The notes: generated by a model from the sequence alone, not told the origin. A stretch of DNA of 63,561 bases, filler included, from Collodictyon triciliatum (GCA_043381765.1; 13 parts of 13 records of this genome joined end to end with filler, not necessarily neighbours in it); one strand, 5' to 3'; shown: positions 15,540 to 30,050, counted from the first letter of the whole stretch. Made by a program: numbers and translations.

Positions 15540-15947
15540 TTGTGATATCTGTTTAATACAGTTTGAACGTTCCAAAACCGAGATATGACGCTTTATTTTC
15601 TTCGAAGTTGATCTCTTTTCCAGTATTTTTAAATAGCCGGTTTATTTATTTACTATTTTTTAACTATTTTAACTTTTTTTTACTATTTTTTTTAATATTT
15701 TTTTTAATATTTTTTTACTTTTTTACTTTTTTTTACTTTTTTTTTACTATTTTTTTTACTATTTTTTTTACTATTTTTTTTACTATTTTTTTTACTATTT
15801 TTTTTTACTATTTTTTTTTACTATTTTTTTTTACTATTTTTTTTTNNNNNNNNNNNNNNNNNNNNNNNNNNNNNNNNNNNNNNNNNNNNTTAATTAATTA
15901 ANNNNNNNNNNNNNNNNNNNNNNNNNNNNNNNNNNNNNNNNNNNNCA

Positions 15948-16545
15948 AAAATGGGGTCGGGCAAAAGGATGTTGATAGCAAATTTGCTTAGGAAAAAAGA
16001 ATTATATTACAAGTATTATGCAAGGTGTTTTTTTGTTCCATAGTATGGTTGATGGTAAAATGTCGGACGTGATTAGCAATGAACCAGGTTTGCACATGCT
16101 CGTAGCTTTGATAATTTTACTGATGAGATATTTGACACAATTCTTCAAGATATAACCAAGGATGACGACCTGAAGGAGGAGCAGTATCTTTTAGTTCTCG
16201 ACGACTTGTCCACCGTCTTTGAACGTCAGACCAAACAGATGCTTAAGAACTTTCTCAAGCTCAGGCATTACAATCTCAGCATCATAATTGTGAGCCAGGC
16301 CATATGACTGATGAATCCGGAGCCGCTTTAGAATGCAACTCACCTGATTTTGTTTTACACCAGCAACCAGCGGTAACAGGAGGCGCTCAAAGGGTTGACG
16401 AATCTCTCGCAATCTAAATTCGATGAAATCCTGGAATATTGCACGGACGAAACTTTTGTTTCATATTTATCGATTTGCAAGCAGCACTCAGAAAGCCGAA
16501 GATATACAAGAACTTAAGCTCTGAGATCGTTTACTATCTCAAATA
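15948..16545 (+). pseudogene. A32-like (FtsK/HerA family) virion packaging ATPase
   Basis: KMGSGKRMLIANLL (Walker A), YLLVLDD (Walker B), KLRHYNLSIIIVSQ (Arg finger + Q), *NATHLILF; in-frame stops and frameshifts. Confidence 0.85.
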
Positions 16546-16562
16546 AACATGTCTGAACTATT

Positions 16563-16736
16563 ATGTTCAAACTAATTATCGATGATGTGACTTATGAATT
16601 AGATTCGTGGGAGGACCTGCAGCTTTACTTGTATTCTCTGGACAAAATCAATAGAAACGGGCCAAAGAAAAAGACTATGGATGCAATCTATAAGGTGATA
16701 ACCGATCTGTCTTTTGTTATCAAGTTTGAGGACTGA
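16563..16736 (+). CDS. 57-aa hypothetical viral protein (MFKLIIDDVTYELDSWEDL...)
   Basis: Intact short ORF directly after the ATPase. Confidence 0.4.
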   Translation: MFKLIIDDVTYELDSWEDLQLYLYSLDKINRNGPKKKTMDAIYKVITDLSFVIKFED

Positions 16737-18403
16737 CGACCCACCCTCTCCAGACGCTTGCCACGCGCTTTATCTTTTGCTGGGGTTGGAGATTATTATT
16801 AAGCTTTATTTCCCTTCAATTTTTTTATATTAATGTGTTTTTTATAAAAAAAATTTTAAAAATAAAATGATTATTTAGAAGATTGGGCCTCGAAAAACAG
16901 CTCGTGCCATACCCTCAGGCTGGCGTGGGGTGAAGCGGGCGGCAAGTTTAAGGAGGGAAGGTAATACAAAAAATTGCAACTTAAAACCATCCCTAAAAAT
17001 AAGCATATGAACGAGCTAGAAAAGATGAACGCAAAGACCATTATTAGTAAGAACGACATTCCGTCAGCCTATCCCTGGTATTATGTAACCAATGAGGGCA
17101 AAAAATTAAAGTAATAAAAGAAATAGTGTGAAAGGAACTTATTTAGATGAATGGAAGGAAACATCAATTTCATGTTTAGAGAAAACTGCAGTGGGCTAAA
17201 GAGATATCTGAAAATAGAGGAAAAGAGAGACTGTATGAGCGATGTCATTGTTTTTGAGATAAGATCCAGACATTGTGCGCATCGACTATGGAGATAAAAA
17301 TATACAAGACCCGGACGAACTGGGCAAAATATGGGGTTTGCCAGCAAATAAAAATTCGTTGTGCTTGGACAGAGGGTAACACGAAGGGGTTTCACATGTG
17401 TGTGTGAGATCCTAAATTTTATTGCTGAATATGAGGGTTTAAATGCATTTGTTCCAAAGATTCCTGCCAATATTATAAGATTCAAGAGGAATGTGAGGGA
17501 TCATCCAGACAAGATATTTCACAATAGATATCAGAATTTAAGTCAGCAGATGTCTTTCATTTGTATGAAAATAAAAAGCGCAAGATGATTGAAGAATTTC
17601 AGGAAGAAATAAAACATAAAACATTTGAAAATAAAAATGAACAACGAGTTCAGCCGGAATTCCACATATGAGATTATATAGTACCTGATTTTTTTTTGGC
17701 GCTGGAAGATTTACATTGTAGTGAGTTGTCTGGCGACTACGACGGGCGGCTCAAGATGGGATTTGTCTTGGTAAATGAAAAGATACGCTATCTAGAGGCA
17801 ACGTGGCTATCCATAAGCGCGATGGTTCCAGACAACAGTAACTCGAATGCCACTGAACAGCTTGAAACGCTAGAGAATATCCAGGGGAATCAATAGACAA
17901 AAAAAAATTACGTAAAAGTCTTTGTTGCTTTAAAAAGTATTTGTTGAGTTGAACATTCAGCGAGGTTCTTAATAGATTGGAAGAACAGCATGGAGATACA
18001 TTACAAGAAAACGAAAGAGGGGTTTGAAATGGATAGCTTTCAGTTCTATGGCAGACTGGCGCTGGTGATGGATAATTACACACTCAAGTTTTGCAATGAA
18101 ACTGATACTGAGTGCCAGTATGCACATTTAAAGCTCATGCATCGCGACAAATGTTTTAATGTATTGAATAAGTGGGCGGAGTACCAACAAAAGAGACAAA
18201 TACTATGTCTGGTGCTGCGTCCAGATTGGCCCGAGACATTGCCTGCTACTACGTACAATACCTTTTGAGGATACGTGATTGAGAAGGTGGGTAAAATTCG
18301 TGAAATGCTAAGTGACGAGGAGATCACTGATTAACTGTATAACAATCGAATTCATCAACTGATGACAAAGTTAAGCGGGTTTAATACCAAGGTGTTAAAC
18401 GAT

Positions 18404-18465
18404 GGCTAGCGAACCAAATCCAACATCTCCACCATCCTACATAAAATTGAAAGGAAGAATAAAAA
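18404..18465 (+). mobile_element. Family A LINE 3'UTR insertion, 62 bp, 18-bp TSD
   Basis: accaag[g/c]tgttaaacgat at 18386-18403 and 18466-18483. The insert starts ggctagcgaaccaaa (as at the ORF2 stop near 1133) and ends ttgaaaggaagaat(A)n. Confidence 0.85.
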
Positions 18466-18919
18466 ACCAAGCTGTTAAACGATATGGTTCAGTGGTTGGT
18501 GCATCTGATATTTGAACCGCACGATATGGGCAGCTTCCACACGGCGATGGTATTGTATTCGCAGACCGAGGACACAGGTAAGTCTTTGTTTGTGCAAATA
18601 TTTTTTTACTAAAAAGAATTATTGGAACGTGCTATGGATCAAAGACGTCCAAGATGGAGGAATTGTTTGGAACATTAAATGGTATTATTGAAAACAGAAT
18701 TTATATGTTGATGGAGGAATATAAGAGAAAAGATGGTGTAGAATTTGCGGACGTAATGAAAGATACACTTGTGTCAGATAATGTTGTGATTCATAAAAGG
18801 GATGCATAATTATACAACTAATAATTGCATGTATATTATTATGAATACAAAAAATGAGACGCTTGTATCTGTGATGAATTCAAACAGAAGATTTTTTGAT
18901 TCACACAGACGAAAACAAA

Positions 18920-19247
18920 AAAATTCCTTTATTCGATTCAAAGTGCAGCGAGGTTATGCCACACAAAGGAGCGAGATAGGTGCGCATGGTAGAGACCAAA
19001 CGCGAGTAGGAGAAGAAAATACTGTGGAGAGGCTAGCACCGGAAAGAAATCAGTGATAGCAAGTTGGTCAGATGGGCGATCCAACCGGTCGATTGGTTGC
19101 GCGGGTAGCAGGGGTTGGATATGCTGTGGGAGATATCGCACGACACATTCCCACATCTCTCTTCGCTTGCGGTCAGAGTAGCGAAGAATGCGGGTGTGCT
19201 CCAGCAGGCTGTTCACGAAGCTGTATTGCACGAGGCTTTCAAGCCTG
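18920..19247 (-). mobile_element. Family B LINE 5'-truncated insertion, 328 bp, 14-bp TSD
   Basis: cagacgaaaacaaa at 18906-18919 and 19248-19261; homologous to 3043-3338. Confidence 0.9.
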
Positions 19248-19898
19248 CAGACGAAAACAAATTATTAATCATTCCATCTTTGTTGCGAGTTGTGCTGAAA
19301 GATTTATCGAGTCCTGAGAAATGTTTACAGTTTTTGAGATACTTTTACACAAAATTGAATATAAACTGGAATAGTGAAACATATATTATAATCGAGCAAA
19401 CCGAGCGTGAGCATTTCAAGTCTCATTTACAAGACCAGATTACACAAACTGACCAGTTTTTATTACTGATTTGCGAAGACGAAGCATTGAGAAACGGTAA
19501 TGAATTACATTAGTCAATAAAAGCTTTCCAGTTGTATAGGGCATTTTGCATTGTGATGCACCAGGCAAATCGACCAAATATTTGGTCAATGCAAAAGTTT
19601 GGATGCGAAATAAATAAAAAAGATTCCTGGTGTGAATAGAAAAGACTGTTAAGACTATCGCGAATTCAAACTGGAATTTGACAAGATTCCCAAATAACTG
19701 ATAAAACAAAATCTACTTGAATGATTGGTGGGAGTACATCACTCATTAATGTAAATAGATGCCATCAGTTCTCTGAGTCTGCGAACTCGTTGAACCAATT
19801 GATCTTTCTGAGCCGGATTTAAAATTGAATAAAGCACATTGTTTCACTACAATATACATTATGCGTTTGTTTTTAAATAATAACATAAATATAAAAAT

Positions 19899-20435
19899 AT
19901 GCTGGAAATCCCAGAAAATATTTAAAAGGAATTGCCCAAAGATTTTGATGAAGTTTGGGACGTTGTTGAAATCGAGGACATTGAAAAGAATGATAATGTC
20001 TCGTATTTATCCAAGCCTCGCAAGTATAAATCGCACGACTCAGAAACAGAGCCCCAGCTGATGACAGGCGGAATGCTAAATTTGTGCCACCAGATGAGAA
20101 AAAAGAAATTCGCGGCACAAAGGAAAATGTAATTGGGCGCGCAGTTTTAAATCAAAGTGGTCTGTCCCGTGTGGGTGTCTATTTCTTCTGCAGGTTCAAG
20201 AAAGACTCGAAAGAGATTTTGAAAAAAAGGAATCGAGAAAGCCAATGAGACAAAGACTCAACTACGCAAGCGCAAGGCCGAGATTCTCAAGGACGAAATC
20301 AAGGAGGCTGAAAAGATGAGTGTCAACAAAGATGCCGTCAAGGAGGCGGTGAAGGAGGCTGAATACCCAAGTGAAGATTCGGAGCATGTCCCTCCGATTA
20401 AAAAAAAAAGGGGGAGACCAAAGAAGAAAGTCTAA
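19899..20435 (+). pseudogene. Decayed viral ORF, charged, with C-terminal AT-hook-like motif (KKRGRPKK)
   Basis: MLEIPENI*KELPKDFDEVW... fragments ending in KKKRGRPKKKV*. Confidence 0.45.
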
Positions 20436-20622
20436 GTTTTATTTCTTCTGGCCGTGCGTTCCGCGCGAGACTGATTCTGAGCAGCTTTCATCGTCTCATT
20501 AAACTTGAATAAATCTTTCTCCTCTAAACCAGAGGCCCCTTTCATTTTTCGAGGCTTTGCTTCTTTTAAAAATTCATCCAAGTCGTCTTGCTCTTCAAAT
20601 TCTTTGACGAGTTGTTTTTTGG
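20432..20622 (-). CDS. C-terminal fragment of a charged viral ORF; stop overlaps the stop of the convergent gene
   Basis: Open frame PKKQLVKEFEEQDD...RRNKT* from the contig edge. Confidence 0.4.
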
Positions 20623-22512
20623 NNNNNNNNNNNNNNNNNNNNNNNNNNNNNNNNNNNNNNNNNNNNTTAATTAATTAANNNNNNNNNNNNNNNNNNNNNN
20701 NNNNNNNNNNNNNNNNNNNNNNAAATAATAATAAATAATAATAAATAATAATAAATAATAATAAATAATAATAAATAATAATAAATAATAATAAATAATA
20801 ATAAATAATAATAAATAATAACAAAATAATAATAAAAAAATTCATAAATTCTGAATAAAAATTAGCGTCAACCTAAAAAGATGGCATTTCTCATCCTAAT
20901 TTAGTTTCATGACGGAGTCCTCACATTTACAATTAATAAATACCGGCGCCAATTCTCCTTATGGGACCCAAAAGAGCGGTTCTGCATTCCTTTTCGCAAC
21001 TCAAGTTTTGATCATATTGCACGACGTCTTCGATTGACCGAGGCGTCAAAAAAGAACTCCATCGAGGTGAGTCACCAAATTGAAGGTTCCTTAAAAAAGG
21101 TTGATTTTGTTGTATATGTATGAATACATAACCATCCCACAAATGTGCGTCGCATCATAGTTTGTGTCAGCAATTTGATGAAATTTCAATAAAAAGGTCT
21201 GAATAATAGTAACCATTCATACATATATCGCAGGAAATACTGAATTACACCACCAAAATCCGCTTTGAGATTACGAATAGAAATGGGGTTTGCATGGTAG
21301 CCATTTCGAACCAAAATATTCTTATTCTGGCCCACAAGAAGCACCTGTCCCGACTTTCGTTAACAACAAAACAAGATATCCACTCCAAAGAGAGACTGGT
21401 TCTGATGGTAATTCAAATATTCCAATTATCACTCATAACGCTCTAATTCTCTTACAGCTCCCAAAAGGCCCACACATAAATGTTTTTTTTTTTTGAATTT
21501 ATCAATTTAATAATTATACTTGCCGCTCCTCTCCCAATTTTCGAAGTGGCCTATCTTTTTCTTTTCTTTTGGTGCGGACATAAAATCCATTTATTATCTA
21601 AAGCATGGTCATACAATCATGCAGCCAAACAACCTGTTGTCTCCTGCACAATCTTTTGTGGAGTAGGATAGACATATCGCCTGGTTCTAGCATCGATATG
21701 AGGGTTTACTCGAGTCGTCGCATCAAGCAAATAGTTAACCGGCTCACCACCCCAGATTTTGAATTGTTTGTCACCAACGCTATCAAATTAATTTCCCCTT
21801 CTTTTCATACAAAACAAACACATTTCACTTGAATATATCTGCAAATATACCCGACTTTTTTTTTTGTACCCATCCCTCTACTTTCGTTTTTCTAAAGAAC
21901 ACTCAACTGCGAGCGATGCATCCCAATCAAATCCGTCAACACCCAAAACCAATCCAAAAACAACACAACACAACACAACACAACACAACACAACACAACA
22001 CAACACAACACAACACAACACAACACAACACAACAAACAAAAACAAACAAAAAAGAAGACAAACATATTCACCTCTGAAGAATTTGTTTCCCCATTACTT
22101 GCTTATAGTACAGACACGTATCTCTCACCTTAGTCCATCTCTTTTCAATAATCTCTTCCCATCATATTGGGTTGGGACAGAGAAGCAAGATAAAATAAAA
22201 ACAATGGTGCAAAAAATAGGGGACATCATAGTTTCGAATATATGTTATTTGTTCTTTTCGTTTTAATAAAATATTACAGGACATGAACTATTCCGAGAAA
22301 TTAAAGAGTCAACGCGAGCCAAATTCTTACATCGACGTATACATGAAAAAATAGACTCGAACATATAAAAAGGGGTAAGGTTCTTACACATTCTTCAAGA
22401 AACTTTTTATTTTCTGGTGAATGTTGTTGTCTTGTCAGCAAAGATTAGATACGCACAGAACAGTTACTATCATGTCTATGCGCATGCCCCAAATGAGGGC
22501 AGAGCACGTTTC

Positions 22513-25047
<2,535 letters not shown>

Positions 25048-25687
25048 GTTGATAGCTACATGACTGATGGTGAGTATTCTCAAGCGGGGAGAATGAAAAC
25101 TAGCGCGTCGCTCTCAATGACAAAGGGGCTTGATCGGAAATATTTATATGTTATGGTCACTTTGCACTTTAATGTGGTTAAAATCAGTGGGACACGACTC
25201 AGCTCCTACAAAATGATACAGCAACACACGATCGTCCATTTATTGGCAAAAAGAGAGAAAAGAGAGAAAAGAGAGAAAAGAGAGAAAAGAGAGAAAAGAG
25301 AGAAAAGAGAGAAAAGAGAGAAAAGAGAGAAAAGAGAGAAAAGAGAGAAAATAGAGAAAATAGAGAAAATAGAGAAAATAGAGAAAATAGAGAAAATNNN
25401 NNNNNNNNNNNNNNNNNNNNNNNNNNNNNNNNNNNNNNNNNTTAATTAATTAANNNNNNNNNNNNNNNNNNNNNNNNNNNNNNNNNNNNNNNNNNNNTCT
25501 TTTTTTTTTTTTAAAAAAAAAAAAAAGAATAATTGAGGATGAGTGAAAAATTTAAACCTAATCATTCGAAGCATCGATTATCGCCACGCGGCCGCCATGC
25601 AGAAAGGTAATTAGTGCCAAATCATGTGGACTTTGTTGTTTATCGATCATTGGGATTTATGCACATTACGGCGATTGATTCACATAC

Positions 25688-26761
25688 CTTGTTCTGGCTG
25701 ATATCGATGAAGCTCAGATTCGCCAGGAGGGAGATGTTGGCTGGAAGCACAGAGATGTTTCTTCCCGTGAAATTCAGCGAGTGGAGCTGGATATATACCT
25801 CGCTTGGTGTCCATCCCGGCTTCGTAATTTCGTCTTCCTGTTTTTTTTTTATGTTTTAGGATACATTTTTGTTATTTATTTTTTATCTTTGTGTGCTTAC
25901 GGGGTCGTAGAGCTGCAGAGCGCGGATGTGTTGGTAGTCACCGTATCCTCGATCTGTGTTGTTCCACACTGGAAGGGCTGTGATGCCACGCGGTGCTCTC
26001 TTTATGGTTTGTGTCGCTCCGAGATTTATATAGAGTTTTTTCAGATTTGTGAGTGCTGTGATCTGTGGTGGAAGCTCTTCCATCTGCATGTTTCGTTGTC
26101 AGTCATTTTTCTTCTAAACATAAATAATAACATAATATATGAATAAAAACATACCGGATTGTTGAATACACGAAGATCTGTGAGACCAGTCAAACACGAT
26201 ATTTGTGCAGGTAGTGATGACAGCTTATTGTTATGAACACGAAGATCTGTGAGACCAGTCAAACACGATATTTGTGCAGGTAGCGATGACAACTGATTGT
26301 CACCAACACCAAGATATCCGAGACCAGTCAAACACGATATTTCTAGAGGAAGCTCCTCCATCTGCATGTTTCGTTGTCAGCGACTTTCTTTTAAACATAA
26401 ATAGTAATATAATATATGAATAAAAGCATACCGGGTTGTCACATACAACAAGATATGTGAGACCAGTCAAACAGGATATTTGTGCAGGTAATGATGACAA
26501 CTGATTTCCATTAACATTAAGTACACTGAGACCAGTCAAACACGATATTTGTGCAGGTAGCGATGACAGCTGATTGCCATAAAGATACAATTCTTTCAGA
26601 CCAGTCAACAAAAAAACACCAGGTGGCACAGATGATAGATTCCTGCAATTGAGGTTCAGATTTGTGGAGCTTTTAAGACTGGCAATATCAGGTTTCCCAG
26701 AGAGTTTCCGGACTTCTTCCAACAGTGCATCCACTTGGGCAGGTGTGAGATAGTCGGACAT
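25688..26761 (-). CDS. Leucine-rich repeat protein (23-aa LRRs), exons 26761-26432, 26361-26155, 26083-25901, 25837-25688; continues toward the contig edge
   Basis: LxxLxVxxNQLSSLPAQISCLTG repeats; phase-0 GT-AG introns keep the frame. Confidence 0.85.
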
Positions 26762-27499
26762 CTGGACAGATTCTGGTGTATATATGGGTAGACTGGCTGT
26801 GTGTCAATACAATACACATCATTTATTTGTTTTATGAGCGGACTTAGCAATCACACAGGACAGGATTACTCGAGTCAGGATGGTAGGGTTGTGCACACAG
26901 AGGTCAGAAAGTACTGTGTGAGTAAAAAAGAGGAGCAAGATTTCGACAAGACGAGGTTAAATATCCCGCAAAGGCCGGCGGATTTTTCAGAGAAGACGAC
27001 TTGTGCAGAACTTGTGTGCTTGTGCTTCCTTGGAAATTCACCGGTTCGGGGTTGGCCACAGACAAGGTTGACCTCTTGCATCGAAAGTCTTGGGAATAGC
27101 CGGGTGCTTGTCGCGTGCGTCACCGGGCGTCACCAAAGACCTGGGAATTGCCATATGGTTGGGAATACTGGGGGTGGCCACATGAGTCGCGTTGGTGCGG
27201 AGGAGTTGCTGCATGTTCGTGGGTTTCCTGAATCACCTGCACGGATGCGTCTCTTTGTGCTAAGTCCGGCGTCGCTGCGGTTGGAGAGTGGCCGAAATTC
27301 TGCAATCAGAAACTGGAGAATGCACATTGGAAAATAGATTGTCGAGAATTTATTATGGGTTCTTTGATTATCGAAAAGCTGAAAAAAATGCTCAAGTGTT
27401 TCGAATTGTTGTAATGATAATGGAGAAAATAAGAAATTCTCTTAATGATAAAAAATGTTTGTGTATGGGATACTCACCCGAAGTCCTTCGCGTCTGAAC

Positions 27500-28303
27500 A
27501 TGGACGGGAATGTTTTGTGTCTCGTGTCCGCGATTCGACTTCGTTGCTCGATAAATAGGATATTGAGCTCCGAATGTTCACATAGCTGGCACACAATTTG
27601 CACTATTTACACATGGGAAATTCAATTTTTATGCTCTATGCATGAATAAACCTTCCTTTATGTATTATAACAAAAACATCGACTAATTGTGTGCTTGCGC
27701 AAAACAAAGTGCTAAAAGCGAAAGATAAAATAAAGTAACTGATTGCACAGGACTTACGGTTTTCGTATTCCGGCATAGTGGAAAGCCTTTGCAAATTGTG
27801 TGTGAAGCAGACTTTGTTGCTCAATAAACAGGGTATTGGGCTTCGAATGTTCCACATAACTAACACACGTTGCTCTATTTTCACAAAGGAGATTCAATTT
27901 TTGTGCTCTATGCATGAATAAGCCTTCCTTTATGTATTATAATAAAAACATCGGCTAATGTATGCACTTGCCCAAAGTGCTCATTGTGAAGAGCATAAGA
28001 ATATCTGATTGCTAAAGACTTACGGCTTTCGTATTCCGGCATAGTGGAGAGCCTTAGAGTTCTTCGTGTCCACGATTCGACTTTGTTGCTCAATAAACAT
28101 GGAATTGGGCTTCGAATGTTCACATAGACTCACATATTTCACTATTTTCACAAAGGAAATTCAATTTTTGTGCTCTATGCATAAATAAACCTTTCTGTAT
28201 GAATTATATATATATATATATATCAAAAACATCGACTAATTGTGTGCTTGCGCAAAACAAAGTGCTAAAAGCGAAAGGCAAAATAGAATATCTGATTGTT
28301 TAG
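27500..28303. repeat. About three tandem copies of a ~270-290-bp repeat, each containing a derivative of the 54-bp unit
   Basis: gacttacggYtttcgtat at 27751, 28017, 28304; tgctctatgcat near 27632, 27904, 28171. Confidence 0.85.
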
Positions 28304-30050
28304 GACTTACGGCTTTCGTATCCGGGCATAATGCAGAGCCTTTGCGGGTCTTTGTGTGTGAAGCAGGCATCGTCGTATTCGGGCATAACGCACAGCCTTT
28401 GTGGGTCTTGTGTGTGTGAAGCATACATCGTCGACGTTCGGCATAGTGGAGAGCCTTTGCGGATGTTGCGTGTGTGAAGCAGACTTCGTCGTATTCCGGC
28501 ATAGTGGAGAGCCTTTGCGGGTCTTGCATGAGGCAGACTTCGTCAACGTTCGGCATAGTGCAGAGCCTTTGCGGGTCTTGCGTGTGAAGCAGACTTCGTC
28601 GACGTTCGGCATAGTGGAAAGCCTTTGCGGGTCTTGTGTGAAGCAGGCATCGTCGTATTCGGGCATAGTGGAGAGCCTTCGTGGGTCTTGAGCGGAGAAG
28701 ATCTCGTCGTATTCCGGCGTAGTGGAGAGCCTTTGCGGGTCTTGTGTGGAGCGGACTTCGTCGACGTTCGGCATAGTGGAGATCCTTTGCGGATGTTGCG
28801 TGTGTGAAGCAGACTTCGTCGACGTTCGGCATAGTGGAGATCCTTTGTGGGTCTTGTGTGGAGCAGACTTCGTCGACGTTCGGCATAGTGGAGAGCCTTT
28901 GTGGGTCTTGTGTGGAGCAGACTTCGTCACATTCCAGCATAGTGGAGCCTTTGTGGGTCTTGTGTGGAGCAGACTGCGTCGTATTCCGGCACAGTGCAGA
29001 GCCTTTGCAGCCTTCGTGTGTGAAGCAGACTTCGTCGCAGTCCGGCATAGTGGAGAGCCTTTGCGGGTCTTGTGTGGAGCAGACTGCGTCGTATTCCGGC
29101 ATAGTGGAGAGCCTTCGTGGGTCTTGTGTGAAGCAGACTTCGTCGACGTTCTGGCATAGTGCAGAGCCTTTGCGGGTCTTGTGTGAAGCAGACTTCGTCG
29201 ACGTTCGGCATAGCGGAGAGCCTTTGCGGGTCTTGTGTGGAGCGGACTTCGTCGACGTTCGGCATAGTGGAGATCCTTTGCGGGTCTTGTGTGAGGCAGC
29301 CAGCGTCGTATTCCGGCATAGTGGAGAGCCTTTGTGGGTCTTGTGTGAAGCAGATTTCGTCGTATTCCGGCATAGTGGACAGCCTTCGCGGGTCTTGTGC
29401 GAGGCAGACTTCGTCGACGTTCGGCATAGTGGAGATCCTTTGCGGGTCTTGTGTGGAGCAGACTGCGTCGACGTTCGGCATAGTGGAGATCCTTTGCGGG
29501 TCTTGTGTGAGGCAGCCAGCGTCGTATTCCGGCATAGTGGAGAGCCTTCGTGGGTCTTGAGCGGAGAAGATCTCGTCGTATTCCGGCGTAGTGGAGAGCC
29601 TTTGCGGGTCTTGTGTGAAGCAGACTTCGTCGCAGTCCGGCGTAGTGCAGATCCTTTGAGGGTCTTGCGTGTGTGAAGCAGACTGCGTCGACGTTCGGCA
29701 TAGTGGAGAGCCTTAGCGGGTCTTGTGTGAAGCAGACTGCGTCGTATTCCGGCATAGTGGAGAGCCTTTGCGGGTCTTGTGTGAAGCAGACTTCGTCGAA
29801 GTTCGGCATAGTGCAGAGCCTTTGCGGGTCTTGTGTGAGTAAAGCAGACTGCGTCGAATTCCGGCACAGTGCAGAGCCTTTGCAGTCTTCGTGTGTGAAG
29901 CAGACTGCGTCGACGTTCGGCGTGGTGGAGAGCCTTTGCGGGTCTTGTGTGAAGCAGACTGCGTCGACGTTCGGCATAATGGAGATCCTTTGCGGGTCTT
30001 GTGTGAGGCAGACTTCGTCGACGTTCGGCATAGTGCAGATCCTTTACGGT
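28304..30050. repeat. GC/CpG-rich tandem array, ~54-bp unit, roughly 32 copies
   Basis: Consensus gtgtgaagcagacttcgtcgacgttcggcatagtggagagcctttgcgggtctt; 18-aa periodicity in the ORF track. Confidence 0.95.

Larger units (their letters stand above)
16870..19800 (+). pseudogene. Primase-polymerase fused to a superfamily 3 (D5/DUF5906-type) helicase, interrupted by two LINE insertions
   Basis: IVRIDYGDK and GNTKGFH (PrimPol-like); RP...YNTF*GY, WLVHLIFEP, VLYSQTEDTGKSLF (Walker A), YMLMEE (Walker B), IMNT..NRRF (motif C). Start and end are approximate. Confidence 0.75.
15946..20622. mobile_element. Endogenous DNA virus element (Polinton-like virus/virophage-type), decayed
   Basis: Intronless, compact, pseudogenised packaging ATPase, primase-helicase and small ORFs fill the whole contig. 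Confidence 0.8.

Noticed and set aside
16804-16820. Further family A tail-like matches (16804, 35048, 52910, 53061)
   Set aside because: Short AT-rich matches without TSDs; cannot be told from chance.
15948-18600. In-frame stops as evidence of an alternative genetic code
   Set aside because: All three stop types occur along with frameshifts and LINE insertions, and host genes read in the standard code.
20900-22260. Possible additional gene downstream of the kinase
   Set aside because: No consistent exon chain or motif could be supported.
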